NCBI GenBank assembly: GCA_038870455.1
Contig: JAWCPB010000011.1
Location: forward strand, 1-29,540
Reading direction: 5' to 3'
DNA length: 29,540 nt
DNA from: Candidatus Micrarchaeia archaeon
GTDB lineage: Archaea > Micrarchaeota > Micrarchaeia > Burarchaeales > JACRGF01
Positions within the stretch are counted from its first letter, which is position 1, and each line of letters begins with the position of its first letter. Position numbers and translations under genes: made by a program. Below are positions 15,520-24,662 of the stretch, piece by piece. The notes below the pieces were generated by a model. The model ran no database searches and had not been told where the DNA came from. It worked only from the letters and a program-made list of their open reading frames with translations.

Positions 15520-17904
15520 ATGGCGAGGAACATAGCTTGGTTTTCAGAGATAAGCAAGGAGGATGTGAGGATTGCTGGCGGCAAGGGCGCCAATCTGGGC
15601 GAAATGGCCAGCATGCAGTTGCCCGTTCCACCAGGCTTTGTGGTCACGAGCGATGCCTACTTCAGGTTCATCGAAAAAACGGGCCTGCGGGACAAGATCC
15701 GCGAGCTCACCGCCACTCTCGATGTGCGGGACACGGCGCGCCTGCAGGCAGTCAGCGACGAGATAAAAAATTTCATCGTCAGCGCGCCGGTTCTTGAGGA
15801 CATCCGCAATGACATCGTGAGTGCCTACTTGGACTTGTGCGGCACGCGCACCCCGACTCCAGAGCAGGAGGTGTATGTTGCGGTCAGGTCATCGGCAACT
15901 GCGGAGGACCTGCCAGAGGCGAGCTTCGCTGGCCAGCAGGCGACGTTCCTCAATGTAAAGGGCGCCGACAACGTCGTGGAGGCCGTGAAGGCGTGCTGGG
16001 CCTCTCTCTTCGAGGCGAGGGCGATTTTCTACAGGCAGGAAAAGGGCTACGACCACCTCAAAGTGGGGCTGGCCGCTGTCGTGCAGGAAATGGTTCAGAG
16101 CGAGCGCAGCGGCGTCCTCTTCACGGTCGATCCAATCACCGGCGATCCCAACAGGATAGTCATCGAGGCGGCGTACGGGCTCGGCGAGATAGTCGTCTCT
16201 GGCTCGGTCACACCGGACAGGTACGCCGTGGATAAGGCCAAGCTCAGGATAATCAGCAAGGATGTTGTCGAACAGAGCTGGATGATAACAAAAGTCGGCG
16301 AGAGGAACGAGCACGTGAATGTCGAGACCGATGTGAGGGGAAAGCAGAAGCTCGAAGACAAGTATATTGTTGAGCTGGCCAGGCTTGGCAAAACCATTGA
16401 AGAGCACTACGGCTCGCCGCAGGACATCGAGTGGGCCTACAGGGACGGAAAGCTCTACATCGTGCAGTCCAGGCCGATCACCACGCTAAAGAAGGCGGAG
16501 AAGGCTGAAGTGAAGGCGAAGGAAAAGCCGAGGGAAAAGAGAGAGCGCATTCCCGTGGAGAGGGCGGCCATCCTCGCGCGCGGGCTGGGCGCGAGCCCGG
16601 GCGTGGCGGTCGGGCCGGTCAAGCAAATCGCTTCGATGCGAGAGCTCGACAAAATGGAACAGGGCGCCGTGCTGGTTACAGAAATGACCACGCCGGACTT
16701 CGTTCCTGCCATGAGGAGGGCCAGCGCGATCGTCACGAACTCTGGGGGCAGCACTTGCCACGCCGCTATCGTCTCGCGCGAGATGGGCATTCCCTGCATC
16801 GTGGGGACTGGAAATGCCACCACAGTGCTTAAGGACGATACAGTCATCACCGTGGATGCCGACCATGGCATCGTGTACGAAGGCGAGGTCATGCTCGAGG
16901 GCATTGTCAAGCCCGAGGAAGTCGCGCCGGCCGTGAAGGCCGAGTTCGCTCCCGTCACCGGAACAAAAATTTACGTCAATCTCGCCGAAGCCGCGCTCGC
17001 GGAGAAAGTCGCCCAGCAGCCTGTCGATGGCGTGGGACTGCTGCGCGCCGAGTTCATGATTGCAGAAATAGGCGAGCACCCCCGCAAGATGCTCGAGGAG
17101 GGGCGCAGGCAGGAGTTCGTGGACAAGCTGGCCGAAGGCATACGGCGCTTTGCAGCCGCCTTCCACCCGCGCCCGGTTGTCTATCGCGCGACCGACTTTA
17201 AGACAAACGAGTACCGCAACCTGGAGGGAGGCGAGAAGTACGAGCCGGTCGAGGCGAATCCCATGATGGGCTACCGCGGCTGCTCGCGCTACATCAAGGA
17301 GCCGGATGTATTTCGCATGGAGCTTGATGCCATAAAGAAAGTCCGCGAGGTGTATGGCCTGCGCAACCTGTGGCTCATGATCCCGTTCGTCAGGAGGACT
17401 GGCGAGGTGCGGCACATCAAGCAGCAGATGGCCGAGGCGGGGCTGCATAGAACGCGCGACTTCAAGCTGTGGATAATGGTCGAAGTGCCCAGCACGGTGT
17501 TCCTCATCGACGAGTTCTGCAAGGAAGGCATTGACGGCGTCTCCATAGGCAGCAACGACCTCACCCAGCTCATCATGGGCATCGACCGCGACAACGCCAC
17601 GCTCGCGGCGGAGTTTGACGAGAGAAACGCGGCAGTGCTGCGGGCGATAAAGCACGTGGCATCGGTTTGCAGGCGGTATGGCGTCACGGTCTCCTTATGC
17701 GGCCAGGCGCCCAGCGTTTATCCGGAGTTCGCCGAAAAGCTTGTCGAGTTCGGCGTCACCAGTATGAGCGTCAACCCAGACGCCATCGAGAGAACGCGCA
17801 AGATAGTCGCCGCGGCCGAACAGCGCCTCATCCTCAAGCGCCTCAGCGAGCTTCGCGAGCACGAAAAGCATATCGAGAAAAAGTTTGGGGTTGAAGAAAC
17901 ATAA
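15520..17904 (+). CDS. ppsA: Phosphoenolpyruvate synthase
   Basis: GGKGANLGE, VAVRSSATAEDLPEASFAGQQ, phospho-His motif TCHAAIVSRE, NPMMGYRG, SIGSNDLTQ and CGQAPS. Confidence 0.97.
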   Translation: MARNIAWFSEISKEDVRIAGGKGANLGEMASMQLPVPPGFVVTSDAYFRFIEKTGLRDKIRELTATLDVRDTARLQAVSDEIKNFIVSAPVLEDIRNDIVSAYLDLCGTRTPTPEQEVYVAVRSSATAEDLPEASFAGQQATFLNVKGADNVVEAVKACWASLFEARAIFYRQEKGYDHLKVGLAAVVQEMVQSERSGVLFTVDPITGDPNRIVIEAAYGLGEIVVSGSVTPDRYAVDKAKLRIISKDVVEQSWMITKVGERNEHVNVETDVRGKQKLEDKYIVELARLGKTIEEHYGSPQDIEWAYRDGKLYIVQSRPITTLKKAEKAEVKAKEKPREKRERIPVERAAILARGLGASPGVAVGPVKQIASMRELDKMEQGAVLVTEMTTPDFVPAMRRASAIVTNSGGSTCHAAIVSREMGIPCIVGTGNATTVLKDDTVITVDADHGIVYEGEVMLEGIVKPEEVAPAVKAEFAPVTGTKIYVNLAEAALAEKVAQQPVDGVGLLRAEFMIAEIGEHPRKMLEEGRRQEFVDKLAEGIRRFAAAFHPRPVVYRATDFKTNEYRNLEGGEKYEPVEANPMMGYRGCSRYIKEPDVFRMELDAIKKVREVYGLRNLWLMIPFVRRTGEVRHIKQQMAEAGLHRTRDFKLWIMVEVPSTVFLIDEFCKEGIDGVSIGSNDLTQLIMGIDRDNATLAAEFDERNAAVLRAIKHVASVCRRYGVTVSLCGQAPSVYPEFAEKLVEFGVTSMSVNPDAIERTRKIVAAAEQRLILKRLSELREHEKHIEKKFGVEET

Positions 17905-17958
17905 ACCGCGGGGGCGAGCAAAGCCTATTTTATATACTCTGAGAGATAAAATTCTTGT

Positions 17959-18834
17959 ATGACACAGAAAACCGCCACCGGTATGCGATCTGCGGTTCCC
18001 AAGCAGCCTTCTGCGCCATCTACGCAGCCTTTTTTCAAAGATTTTGAGAATCTTGAGAATGATAGAAAACGGTGCATTAGGCAAATCGAAGAAATTTGCT
18101 ACAAGAGATTTGCCGAAAAGCCGTTGCGCATCACCTTAATAAAGTCCCAGTTATCCGATTTTGATGCGAGAGCTGTTTTTCGCGTTGAATTCGAAAAGGC
18201 GAAAGGCCGCGTCGGCTCACCAAGCAGCTTTCTTTACTTCAAGACCTGCAGGGGCTTCAGTTTTGAAGCAGAGTTTCACGGAAGCGTTTTCATCAAAGCG
18301 CTCGGTGGGCTGGCTCCGGCAACGCTGTGGGTTGAAGATTTTTTCGTCAGCGAAGGGCTGCCGGGTGTTTCCGGCAGCAAGATTTTCGAACAAGCCGACG
18401 CCCGCCTGCTTGCGAAAGAATTCGGAAAAGCCATGGCGTACGCTTACGCCGCAGGCCTCGGGGACAGGGCGCCCGACAACTTCGTTCTGATGGAAGACAA
18501 AAACAGCAAAACCGGGTTCAAAATTGCCAACATTGATTTGACCACAGCTTTCCAACGCACCGGCTCGCTTGAGGAAGTGTTTAACATCCTGGAACTTCTT
18601 CTTGTAAGGAAAAAGAGCGAGCACGCGCTGAACAAGGAGATAGCCGCCTCTTTCATCGACTCTTTCTGCGAGGAGTTCGTAGCAATAAAAGAGACGGCTG
18701 CAGGCTTGAAGTTTGACTTCAGAGGACATGCACAGCAAAAAATCGAGCAAGCGCTGGCCCATATTGCTGCGGCCAACCCGCAAACACTCAGGAAACAGCT
18801 TTTGAATTATTTCCAGAGCATAAAACCAAAGTGA
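17959..18834 (+). CDS. Hypothetical protein with PI3/PI4-kinase-like (atypical kinase) motifs
   Basis: LYFK (beta3 Lys), EAEF (alphaC Glu), GLGDRAPDNF (catalytic loop) and ANIDL (Mg-binding Asp). TTTTATATA lies 31 nt upstream. Confidence 0.65.
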   Translation: MTQKTATGMRSAVPKQPSAPSTQPFFKDFENLENDRKRCIRQIEEICYKRFAEKPLRITLIKSQLSDFDARAVFRVEFEKAKGRVGSPSSFLYFKTCRGFSFEAEFHGSVFIKALGGLAPATLWVEDFFVSEGLPGVSGSKIFEQADARLLAKEFGKAMAYAYAAGLGDRAPDNFVLMEDKNSKTGFKIANIDLTTAFQRTGSLEEVFNILELLLVRKKSEHALNKEIAASFIDSFCEEFVAIKETAAGLKFDFRGHAQQKIEQALAHIAAANPQTLRKQLLNYFQSIKPK

Positions 18835-18838
18835 TTTC

Positions 18839-19741
18839 ATGCGCATTCTGCTGCAGTTCCCAGAGGGCCTGAAAAACGAGGCGTTGAAGGAGGCGGATAA
18901 ACTGGAAAAGGAAGGGCATGAAGTTTTCGTCTCCTCCTCCCCCTGCTATGGCGCGTGCGATGTCGCTGTGGATGAAGCAAGAAAAATCGGCGCGGACAAA
19001 ATCATTCATTTCGGGCACTCCAAATTCATGGAAATACCGGGCGTTCCAATCGAATACATCGAGCATTTTGTCGAAGTCGATTTCAAGCCTGTTATCGAGA
19101 GAGCGCTTGCAGAGCTGAAGGAAGCAAAAACAATTGTTTTGGCGACTACTGTTCAGCACGCGAGGCAAGTCGGCGAAATGAAGCGCTTTTTGGAAAACAA
19201 GGGAAAAGTTGTCCTCATCAGCAAAGGCCGTCTCGCGCCCTATCCCGGGCAGGTGCTCGGCTGCGACGACGGCGCGGTCGCGAGCGTCGCAGAAAAGGCG
19301 GACGCAATTCTTTTCTTCGGAGGGGGAGCCTTCCATCCTCTCGGGATAAAGGCCGGCGGAAAACCAGTCATCGCCTGCGACCCGTTCTCCGGCATGGTGA
19401 GAAGGCTGAATGCCGAGCTGGCCAGGCTGGAGAGGAGAAGGCGCGCGATGTTCTCGAAAGCCAGCGAGGCAAAAACATTCGGCATACTCGTTTCGACAAA
19501 ACCAGGGCAGTATAATATGGGAATTGCGAGGAAGGTGAAGGAAGCGCTCGAGAAGGCAGGCAGGCGAGCCACCATCCTCGTCTCCAACGAAATAAACTTC
19601 CTTTCTCTGGAAAACTTCCGTTCTTTTGACTGTTATGTTAACACGGCGTGCCCGCGCCTTTGGGAGGACTTCGAGCTAGCCAAAAAACCGATTCTGAATG
19701 CAGAGGACGCGCTGGGGCTTGCCGCGCTTTTGAAACGCTAG
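18839..19741 (+). CDS. dph2: Diphthamide biosynthesis enzyme Dph2
   Basis: ILLQFPEGLK, CYGACD, HFGH, GQVLGC, STKPGQ and NTACPR carry the three cluster Cys. Confidence 0.95.
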   Translation: MRILLQFPEGLKNEALKEADKLEKEGHEVFVSSSPCYGACDVAVDEARKIGADKIIHFGHSKFMEIPGVPIEYIEHFVEVDFKPVIERALAELKEAKTIVLATTVQHARQVGEMKRFLENKGKVVLISKGRLAPYPGQVLGCDDGAVASVAEKADAILFFGGGAFHPLGIKAGGKPVIACDPFSGMVRRLNAELARLERRRRAMFSKASEAKTFGILVSTKPGQYNMGIARKVKEALEKAGRRATILVSNEINFLSLENFRSFDCYVNTACPRLWEDFELAKKPILNAEDALGLAALLKR

Positions 19742-19772
19742 CGAGCCTGGGAGGCATCGGCCGCTGGGGGTT

Positions 19773-21353
19773 CTAATGAGGAATCTGCGGCAGCTCCCTT
19801 ATCACCGGCTCGGCTTCTGATACTTTCCCAAGAATGACTCTCTGCAGCTCGACGACAGGCCATTCCTCGAGCGCCTTGAGCGCGAAGTCAAGCTTCGCCT
19901 CGCTCTCGGAGACTATCTCGAACAGCACGTCGCCGGCCTTGACGCGGTCGCCGTGCTCCGTGTGCAGGATGACGCCCGCGCCCTTGTCCTTGGGCGCGCC
20001 CGCCGCGCGCGCTATCTTATTGACCATCCTGTTATCCACGTGCTCCACCCTGCCCTCTTTCTCCGCGACGATCTCGTGCCTGAACTTGCCCACGGGAATG
20101 TCTTCGATGCGTACATTCGGGTTACCCCCCTGCGCTTCGATGATCTCGCGCATCTTGTTGTACGCCTTGCCGCTCTTGAGCAGGTTGAGCGCAACCTCAT
20201 AGCCACCTCCTTTTTCCACTTTGCCGCACAGCTCGAAAAGCGCGCCCGCGAGCTGGCAGCTCTTGTCCATCAAATCCTGCGGCCCGCTTCCCTGCAGCAC
20301 GTTCAGCACATCAATGCACTCGAGGCCCGGCCCCACGCCGTTCCCCACCGGATCCGTGCCGTCTGTCAGGAACGCCTCGAGCCGCATGCCGAGCCTCGTG
20401 CCGATTTCGAGAAAGTCGCTGGCCAGGCTGCTTGCAGTCTTGACGTCCTCTATTTTCGCCCCCCTGCCGACAGGAATGTCGATGACCACGTACTCGGCGC
20501 CGACGGCTTTCTTCTTGGCGAGAATGCTCGCAAGCAGGACTCCCCTCGGGTCGAGCCTTAGCGGATGTCTTATCCTAATGAGGTGGTCGTCGGCAGGCGC
20601 GAGGTTTATTCCCCCTCCCCAGACGATGCACCCGCCCGTCTTGAGCACAATCCTCTTCATTTCCTCGACGCTGAACTCCACGCTCGCCAGCACTTCCATG
20701 GTGTCCGCGGTTCCGGCCGCGCTTGTTATCGATCGCGAGGAAGTCTTCGGGACGAACAGGCCGCCCGCGGCGAGAATCGGGACCATGACCATGGTCGTCC
20801 TGTTGCCCGCAACCCCGCCGGCGCAGTGCTTGTCGACAACAGGCTTTTTCCCCAAGTCAAGCGTCGCTCCGGAACCGACTATGGCGTTGGTGAGCGCGAC
20901 CGTCTCGTCCTGGCTGAGGCCCCTTATGTACAAGCTTGCGATGAACGCGCTGAGCTCGATTTCGCTGAGCTTGTTCTCCATCGTTTCCCTGATTATGGCA
21001 TCGATTTCCTCGCTTTTCAGCGGCTTTCCGTCCATCTTCTTTTTGATGAAATCAATGCTCGCGGGCTGCCTGGTATGCCTTATTTCAATGAGGTCACCCG
21101 GATTCACCCTCAGCTTTTTCATCACTTCGGAGAACACCCCGACCTCGCCTCGCTTGACGAGGGAGGCGCTGAGGTCGCATATGACTGTCAGCTCCTGCGC
21201 GCCCTTCTGCAGGATTATCCTGTCGGCCGTGTAGACGTCGTTCTCGTGCGCCTCTTCCTCGTTGAGCACGGCGATGAGCGGCCCGGCCTCTATGTCAAAG
21301 CACTTGGCTCGTGTTATGTATGGTTTGAACTTCCACACCTCCCCTCCGGCCAT
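19773..21353 (-). CDS. AMP phosphorylase (thymidine phosphorylase family)
   Basis: DKHCAGGVAGN, PKTSSRSITSAAGTADTMEVL, SILAKK and ARAAGAPKDKGAG, with the N-terminal extra domain. Adjacent to the R15P isomerase gene. Confidence 0.94.
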   Translation of the reverse strand: MAGGEVWKFKPYITRAKCFDIEAGPLIAVLNEEEAHENDVYTADRIILQKGAQELTVICDLSASLVKRGEVGVFSEVMKKLRVNPGDLIEIRHTRQPASIDFIKKKMDGKPLKSEEIDAIIRETMENKLSEIELSAFIASLYIRGLSQDETVALTNAIVGSGATLDLGKKPVVDKHCAGGVAGNRTTMVMVPILAAGGLFVPKTSSRSITSAAGTADTMEVLASVEFSVEEMKRIVLKTGGCIVWGGGINLAPADDHLIRIRHPLRLDPRGVLLASILAKKKAVGAEYVVIDIPVGRGAKIEDVKTASSLASDFLEIGTRLGMRLEAFLTDGTDPVGNGVGPGLECIDVLNVLQGSGPQDLMDKSCQLAGALFELCGKVEKGGGYEVALNLLKSGKAYNKMREIIEAQGGNPNVRIEDIPVGKFRHEIVAEKEGRVEHVDNRMVNKIARAAGAPKDKGAGVILHTEHGDRVKAGDVLFEIVSESEAKLDFALKALEEWPVVELQRVILGKVSEAEPVIRELPQIPH

Positions 21354-21357
21354 GCGC

Positions 21358-22326
21358 TCACCTTCGCCTTTCCTCCAGGAAAGCCGCAAACGGGTTCTCC
21401 ACGGGAAAGGCGTTCCTGACGAAGCTCAGCAGCCCCTGCGGGGGAATCACGCCCATTTCGGTGATGTACGCGTGAATGTGCTCCGCGGGAGTGACGTCAA
21501 AGGCCGGGTTCCGCACGCGCACGCCCTTGAACTCCGGCCCGCCAGCCACCTCGTCGGCAGCCCGCTCTTCAATGGTTTCCATCGTGCCCCACATGGTGAG
21601 GGGATCGAACTTGTGGAGCTCGGCCGCGGAGTAGAACGGCACGCCGGCGTGCCGCGCGACCAGCGCGAGGACAGAAGTACCGATTTTGTTGTACAGGTCG
21701 CCCGTGGCGGAAATGGCGTCAGCCCCCACCATCGCCACGTGCGCGTCGCGGATGAGGCTCTTCATCGCGCCGTCGACTATGAGCGTGACCGGCACGCCGG
21801 CGTCGCGCAGCTCCTTGGCCGTGATGTGCCCCTGGTACTTGGGCCTCGTCTCGCACGCTATGACATCAATGTCCCTGCCGATCTCGTGGGCGCGCTTGAG
21901 GATGGACACAACCGTGGAGGAGTGGCAGTGGGTCATGACCGTGGCGCCCTGCGGGATTTCCTTCGCCCCGTACTCGGCTATGCTGCGCAGCGCGGCCTCG
22001 ACGCTCTTGAAGTAGCTCGCCTCCTCTCTCGCCACGATGGCCTTGAGCTGCCCAACGCTCGCCGCCCTGTTTTTCCTCAGCTGCACAAGCACGTGCCGGA
22101 TGGAGTTCCTCAGCGAGTTGCGGAGCATGGGCTCGGTGGGCCTCGTTGCGGCCAGCGCGTCGGCGGCTTCGAGCAGTTCTGCCAGGAACTCGGAGGGCTT
22201 TTTCGCCTTGCTCTTCCTGGCCTGCACCCCCAGCGCATGCACGGCCGCCTTGGCGATTTCCCTGGCTCCCTGTATCTTCAAGGCACGAATGTCCCTGCAG
22301 ATTTCTTTGACTTCGTCTGCCACCAT
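21358..22326 (-). CDS. Ribose-1,5-bisphosphate isomerase (eIF-2B-like family)
   Basis: IQGA, TRPTEP.LRN, THCHS, ETRP..QG, GAD, NKIGT and NPAFDVTP. Cotranscribed with AMP phosphorylase. Confidence 0.92.
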   Translation of the reverse strand: MVADEVKEICRDIRALKIQGAREIAKAAVHALGVQARKSKAKKPSEFLAELLEAADALAATRPTEPMLRNSLRNSIRHVLVQLRKNRAASVGQLKAIVAREEASYFKSVEAALRSIAEYGAKEIPQGATVMTHCHSSTVVSILKRAHEIGRDIDVIACETRPKYQGHITAKELRDAGVPVTLIVDGAMKSLIRDAHVAMVGADAISATGDLYNKIGTSVLALVARHAGVPFYSAAELHKFDPLTMWGTMETIEERAADEVAGGPEFKGVRVRNPAFDVTPAEHIHAYITEMGVIPPQGLLSFVRNAFPVENPFAAFLEERRR

Positions 22327-22426
22327 CAAATCATCGTCGGAGCGCTATTGGGTGTGAACCTTTAAATAGGTTAGTCGGTATAACGTTTTAAAGCTCTCCT
22401 TGCTAAATAAAACAAAGGTGCTTAGT

Positions 22427-23515
22427 GTGGTTGATGCCAGGCTCGAGCCGAAAGCCGCGCCCGCGAGCCCTGCCAGCGCGGAGGACGCCGAGCTGCTCAA
22501 GTTCCTTGAGGCCTCCAAGCCCAAGATAATCGTGGCCGGCATAGGCGGCTCCGGCTGCAACACGCTCAACCGCATGGCAGAGGTCGGCGTGCACGGCGCC
22601 ACGCTCATAGCCATGAACACCGACGTGCAGCACCTCGTGAGGGTGCGGGCCGACAGGAAAGTCCTTCTTGGAAAGAACCTCACGCGCGGGCTGGGCGCCG
22701 GAAGCAACCCGCAGGTCGGCGAGGCAGCCGCCAAGGAGAGCGCGGAGGAGGTAAAGAACGCCATCGCGGGCGCTTCGCTCGTGTTCGTCACGTGCGGGCT
22801 CGGAGGAGGCACGGGCACCGGGGGCGCCCATGTTGTTGCAGAAGCCGCGAAGAGCGCGGGCGCGCTGTGCGTCGCGGTCGTCACGCTCCCGTTCAGGAGC
22901 GAGGGGCACACGAGGAGGACGAACGCGCTCGCCGGGCTCGCCAAGCTCCGCAAGCACGCCGACACGACCATCGTCATCCCCAACGACAAGCTGCTGACCG
23001 TTGTCCCGGACCTTCCGCTGAACACGGCCTTCAAGGTGTGCGACGAGGTGCTCTCTTCCTCGGTCAAGGGCATTGCCGAGCTCGTCACGCGCGCGGGCCT
23101 CGTAAACCTCGATTTTGCAGACCTCAAGACCATCCTACAGGGCGCGGGCTGCGCGGTCATCGGCATGGGCGAGAGCTCGCTGGACACCAAGCCGGAGCAG
23201 CGCGCGCTCGTGGCGATAGAGACCGCGCTGCGCTCGCCGCTTCTCGACGTTGACATCAGCAACGCCAACCGCGCGCTCGTGAATGTCGTGGGCGGGGAAG
23301 ACATGACGCTGCGCGAGGCCGAGCTCATGGTCGGCGAGGTGAGCAGGCGCATTCACCCCTCTTCTCACATCATCTGGGGCGCGCGCATAGAGAACGACCT
23401 TCCGCGCAACACGCTGCGCGTGCTCGCAGTCATCGCCGGCGCGTCCCTCCCGCAGTACGAGAAGGAAGAGGAGGGGTTCGGAGCAGGGCTCGAGCTCGAG
23501 ATTGAAAACATCTGA
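22427..23515 (+). CDS. ftsZ: Cell division protein FtsZ
   Basis: GIGGSGCN, NTD, GAG.NP..G, tubulin motif GGGTGTG, NDKL and NLDFAD. GTG start with AGGTG RBS is inferred. Confidence 0.97.
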   Translation: MVDARLEPKAAPASPASAEDAELLKFLEASKPKIIVAGIGGSGCNTLNRMAEVGVHGATLIAMNTDVQHLVRVRADRKVLLGKNLTRGLGAGSNPQVGEAAAKESAEEVKNAIAGASLVFVTCGLGGGTGTGGAHVVAEAAKSAGALCVAVVTLPFRSEGHTRRTNALAGLAKLRKHADTTIVIPNDKLLTVVPDLPLNTAFKVCDEVLSSSVKGIAELVTRAGLVNLDFADLKTILQGAGCAVIGMGESSLDTKPEQRALVAIETALRSPLLDVDISNANRALVNVVGGEDMTLREAELMVGEVSRRIHPSSHIIWGARIENDLPRNTLRVLAVIAGASLPQYEKEEEGFGAGLELEIENI

Positions 23516-23525
23516 GGTGCTCTGC

Positions 23526-23720
23526 TTGGACATCGCAGGACTTCCGTCAAAAACCAAGGGCGAGCTGGAGTCGTTCTACCAGCGTTCGATGCGCGTGCTG
23601 CGAGTGAGCTACCGCCCCACAGAGCGGGAGTTCTGGAGCATGGTCAAGACGACCGCCCTCGGCATGGCGCTCATCGGCATCGTGGGCTTCGCCATCACGC
23701 TCGTATTCAGCTACATATAA
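23526..23720 (+). CDS. secE: Protein translocase SecE/Sec61-gamma
   Basis: RVLRVSYRPT.REF...G..LIG.VGF.I with a single TM helix. Conserved position after ftsZ. TTG start with GAGGTG RBS. Confidence 0.9.
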   Translation: MDIAGLPSKTKGELESFYQRSMRVLRVSYRPTEREFWSMVKTTALGMALIGIVGFAITLVFSYI

Positions 23721-23732
23721 GGGTGGGAAACG

Positions 23733-24176
23733 ATGTTGTTCGTGTACAGGCTGACGGCCGGACAGGAGAAAGTCGTTGCCGACGTGCTTTACAACAAGAT
23801 CCAGAAGGAAAAGATTCCCGTGTATGCGCTGGCTGTCATCGACGAGCTGCGGGGGTACATCATGGCCGAGGCCGACGACGAGACCGCGGTGCGGCAAGCG
23901 GCCATGCGCATTCCCCACATAAAGGGCGTGCTGCACAAGACGATGGGCACGCAGGAAATCGACGCGCTCGTCGAAGCCAAGCAGGCGCCGCCCGCTTTTC
24001 ACAAGGACGACGTGGTCGAGCTTGTGGCCGGCCCGTTCAAGGGCGAGAAGGCCAAGATAATCAAGATTGACGAGAGCAAGGAGGAGGTGACCGTGGAGCT
24101 GACCGAAGTGGCGGTTCCGATTCCGGTCACGATAAAAATGAATACCATCAGGCTGTACAGGAAAGCCGAGGAGTGA
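23733..24176 (+). CDS. spt5: Transcription elongation factor Spt5/NusG
   Basis: TAGQE, LRGYI.AE and KOW motif DVVELVAGPFKGEKAKI. Conserved synteny. Confidence 0.95.
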   Translation: MLFVYRLTAGQEKVVADVLYNKIQKEKIPVYALAVIDELRGYIMAEADDETAVRQAAMRIPHIKGVLHKTMGTQEIDALVEAKQAPPAFHKDDVVELVAGPFKGEKAKIIKIDESKEEVTVELTEVAVPIPVTIKMNTIRLYRKAEE

Positions 24177-24190
24177 CGAGAGGGATTCGC

Positions 24191-24658
24191 ATGAAAGTGA
24201 CCATCCAAGCGCTTGTCGAGGGAGGAAAGGCCAGCGCGGGCCCACCTCTGGGGCCCGCTCTCGGGCCGCTGGGCGTGAACATCCAGGCCATCATAGCGGC
24301 CATCAACGAGAAGACCAAGGGCTTCGCTGGCCTGTCCATTCCCGTCAAGGTCGTTGTCGACAAAGAAGCCAAGTCCTTCGAGGTAGAGGTTGGCACGCCT
24401 CCCACGAGCGCGCTCATCAAGAAAGAGCTGGGAATAGAGAAGGGCGCAAAGGCAAAGGACGAGAAGGCCGGCGACATCACGCTCGAGCAGGCGGTGAAAA
24501 TCGCCAAGGCAAAGGGCGCGGCCAGCCTGTCGAAAGACCTCTCGCGCGCGGTGAAGGAAGTGCTGGGAACGTGCGTCAGCATGGGCGTCACCTGCGGGGG
24601 GAGGGACGCCAGGGAAGTGATCAAGGAAATTGATGAGGGAAGACACAAGTTTTCCTGA
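24191..24658 (+). CDS. rpl11: 50S ribosomal protein uL11
   Basis: LVEGGKASAGPPLGPALGPLG, PPTSALIKKE and GTCVSMGV. Confidence 0.97.
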   Translation: MKVTIQALVEGGKASAGPPLGPALGPLGVNIQAIIAAINEKTKGFAGLSIPVKVVVDKEAKSFEVEVGTPPTSALIKKELGIEKGAKAKDEKAGDITLEQAVKIAKAKGAASLSKDLSRAVKEVLGTCVSMGVTCGGRDAREVIKEIDEGRHKFS

Positions 24659-24662
24659 AGCG

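Noticed and set aside
21262-22365. Long antisense ORFs (also 2504-3631, 16486-17655, 20221-21234 and 22345-23352)
   Set aside because: Shadow frames of well-supported genes in GC-rich DNA, with no motifs.
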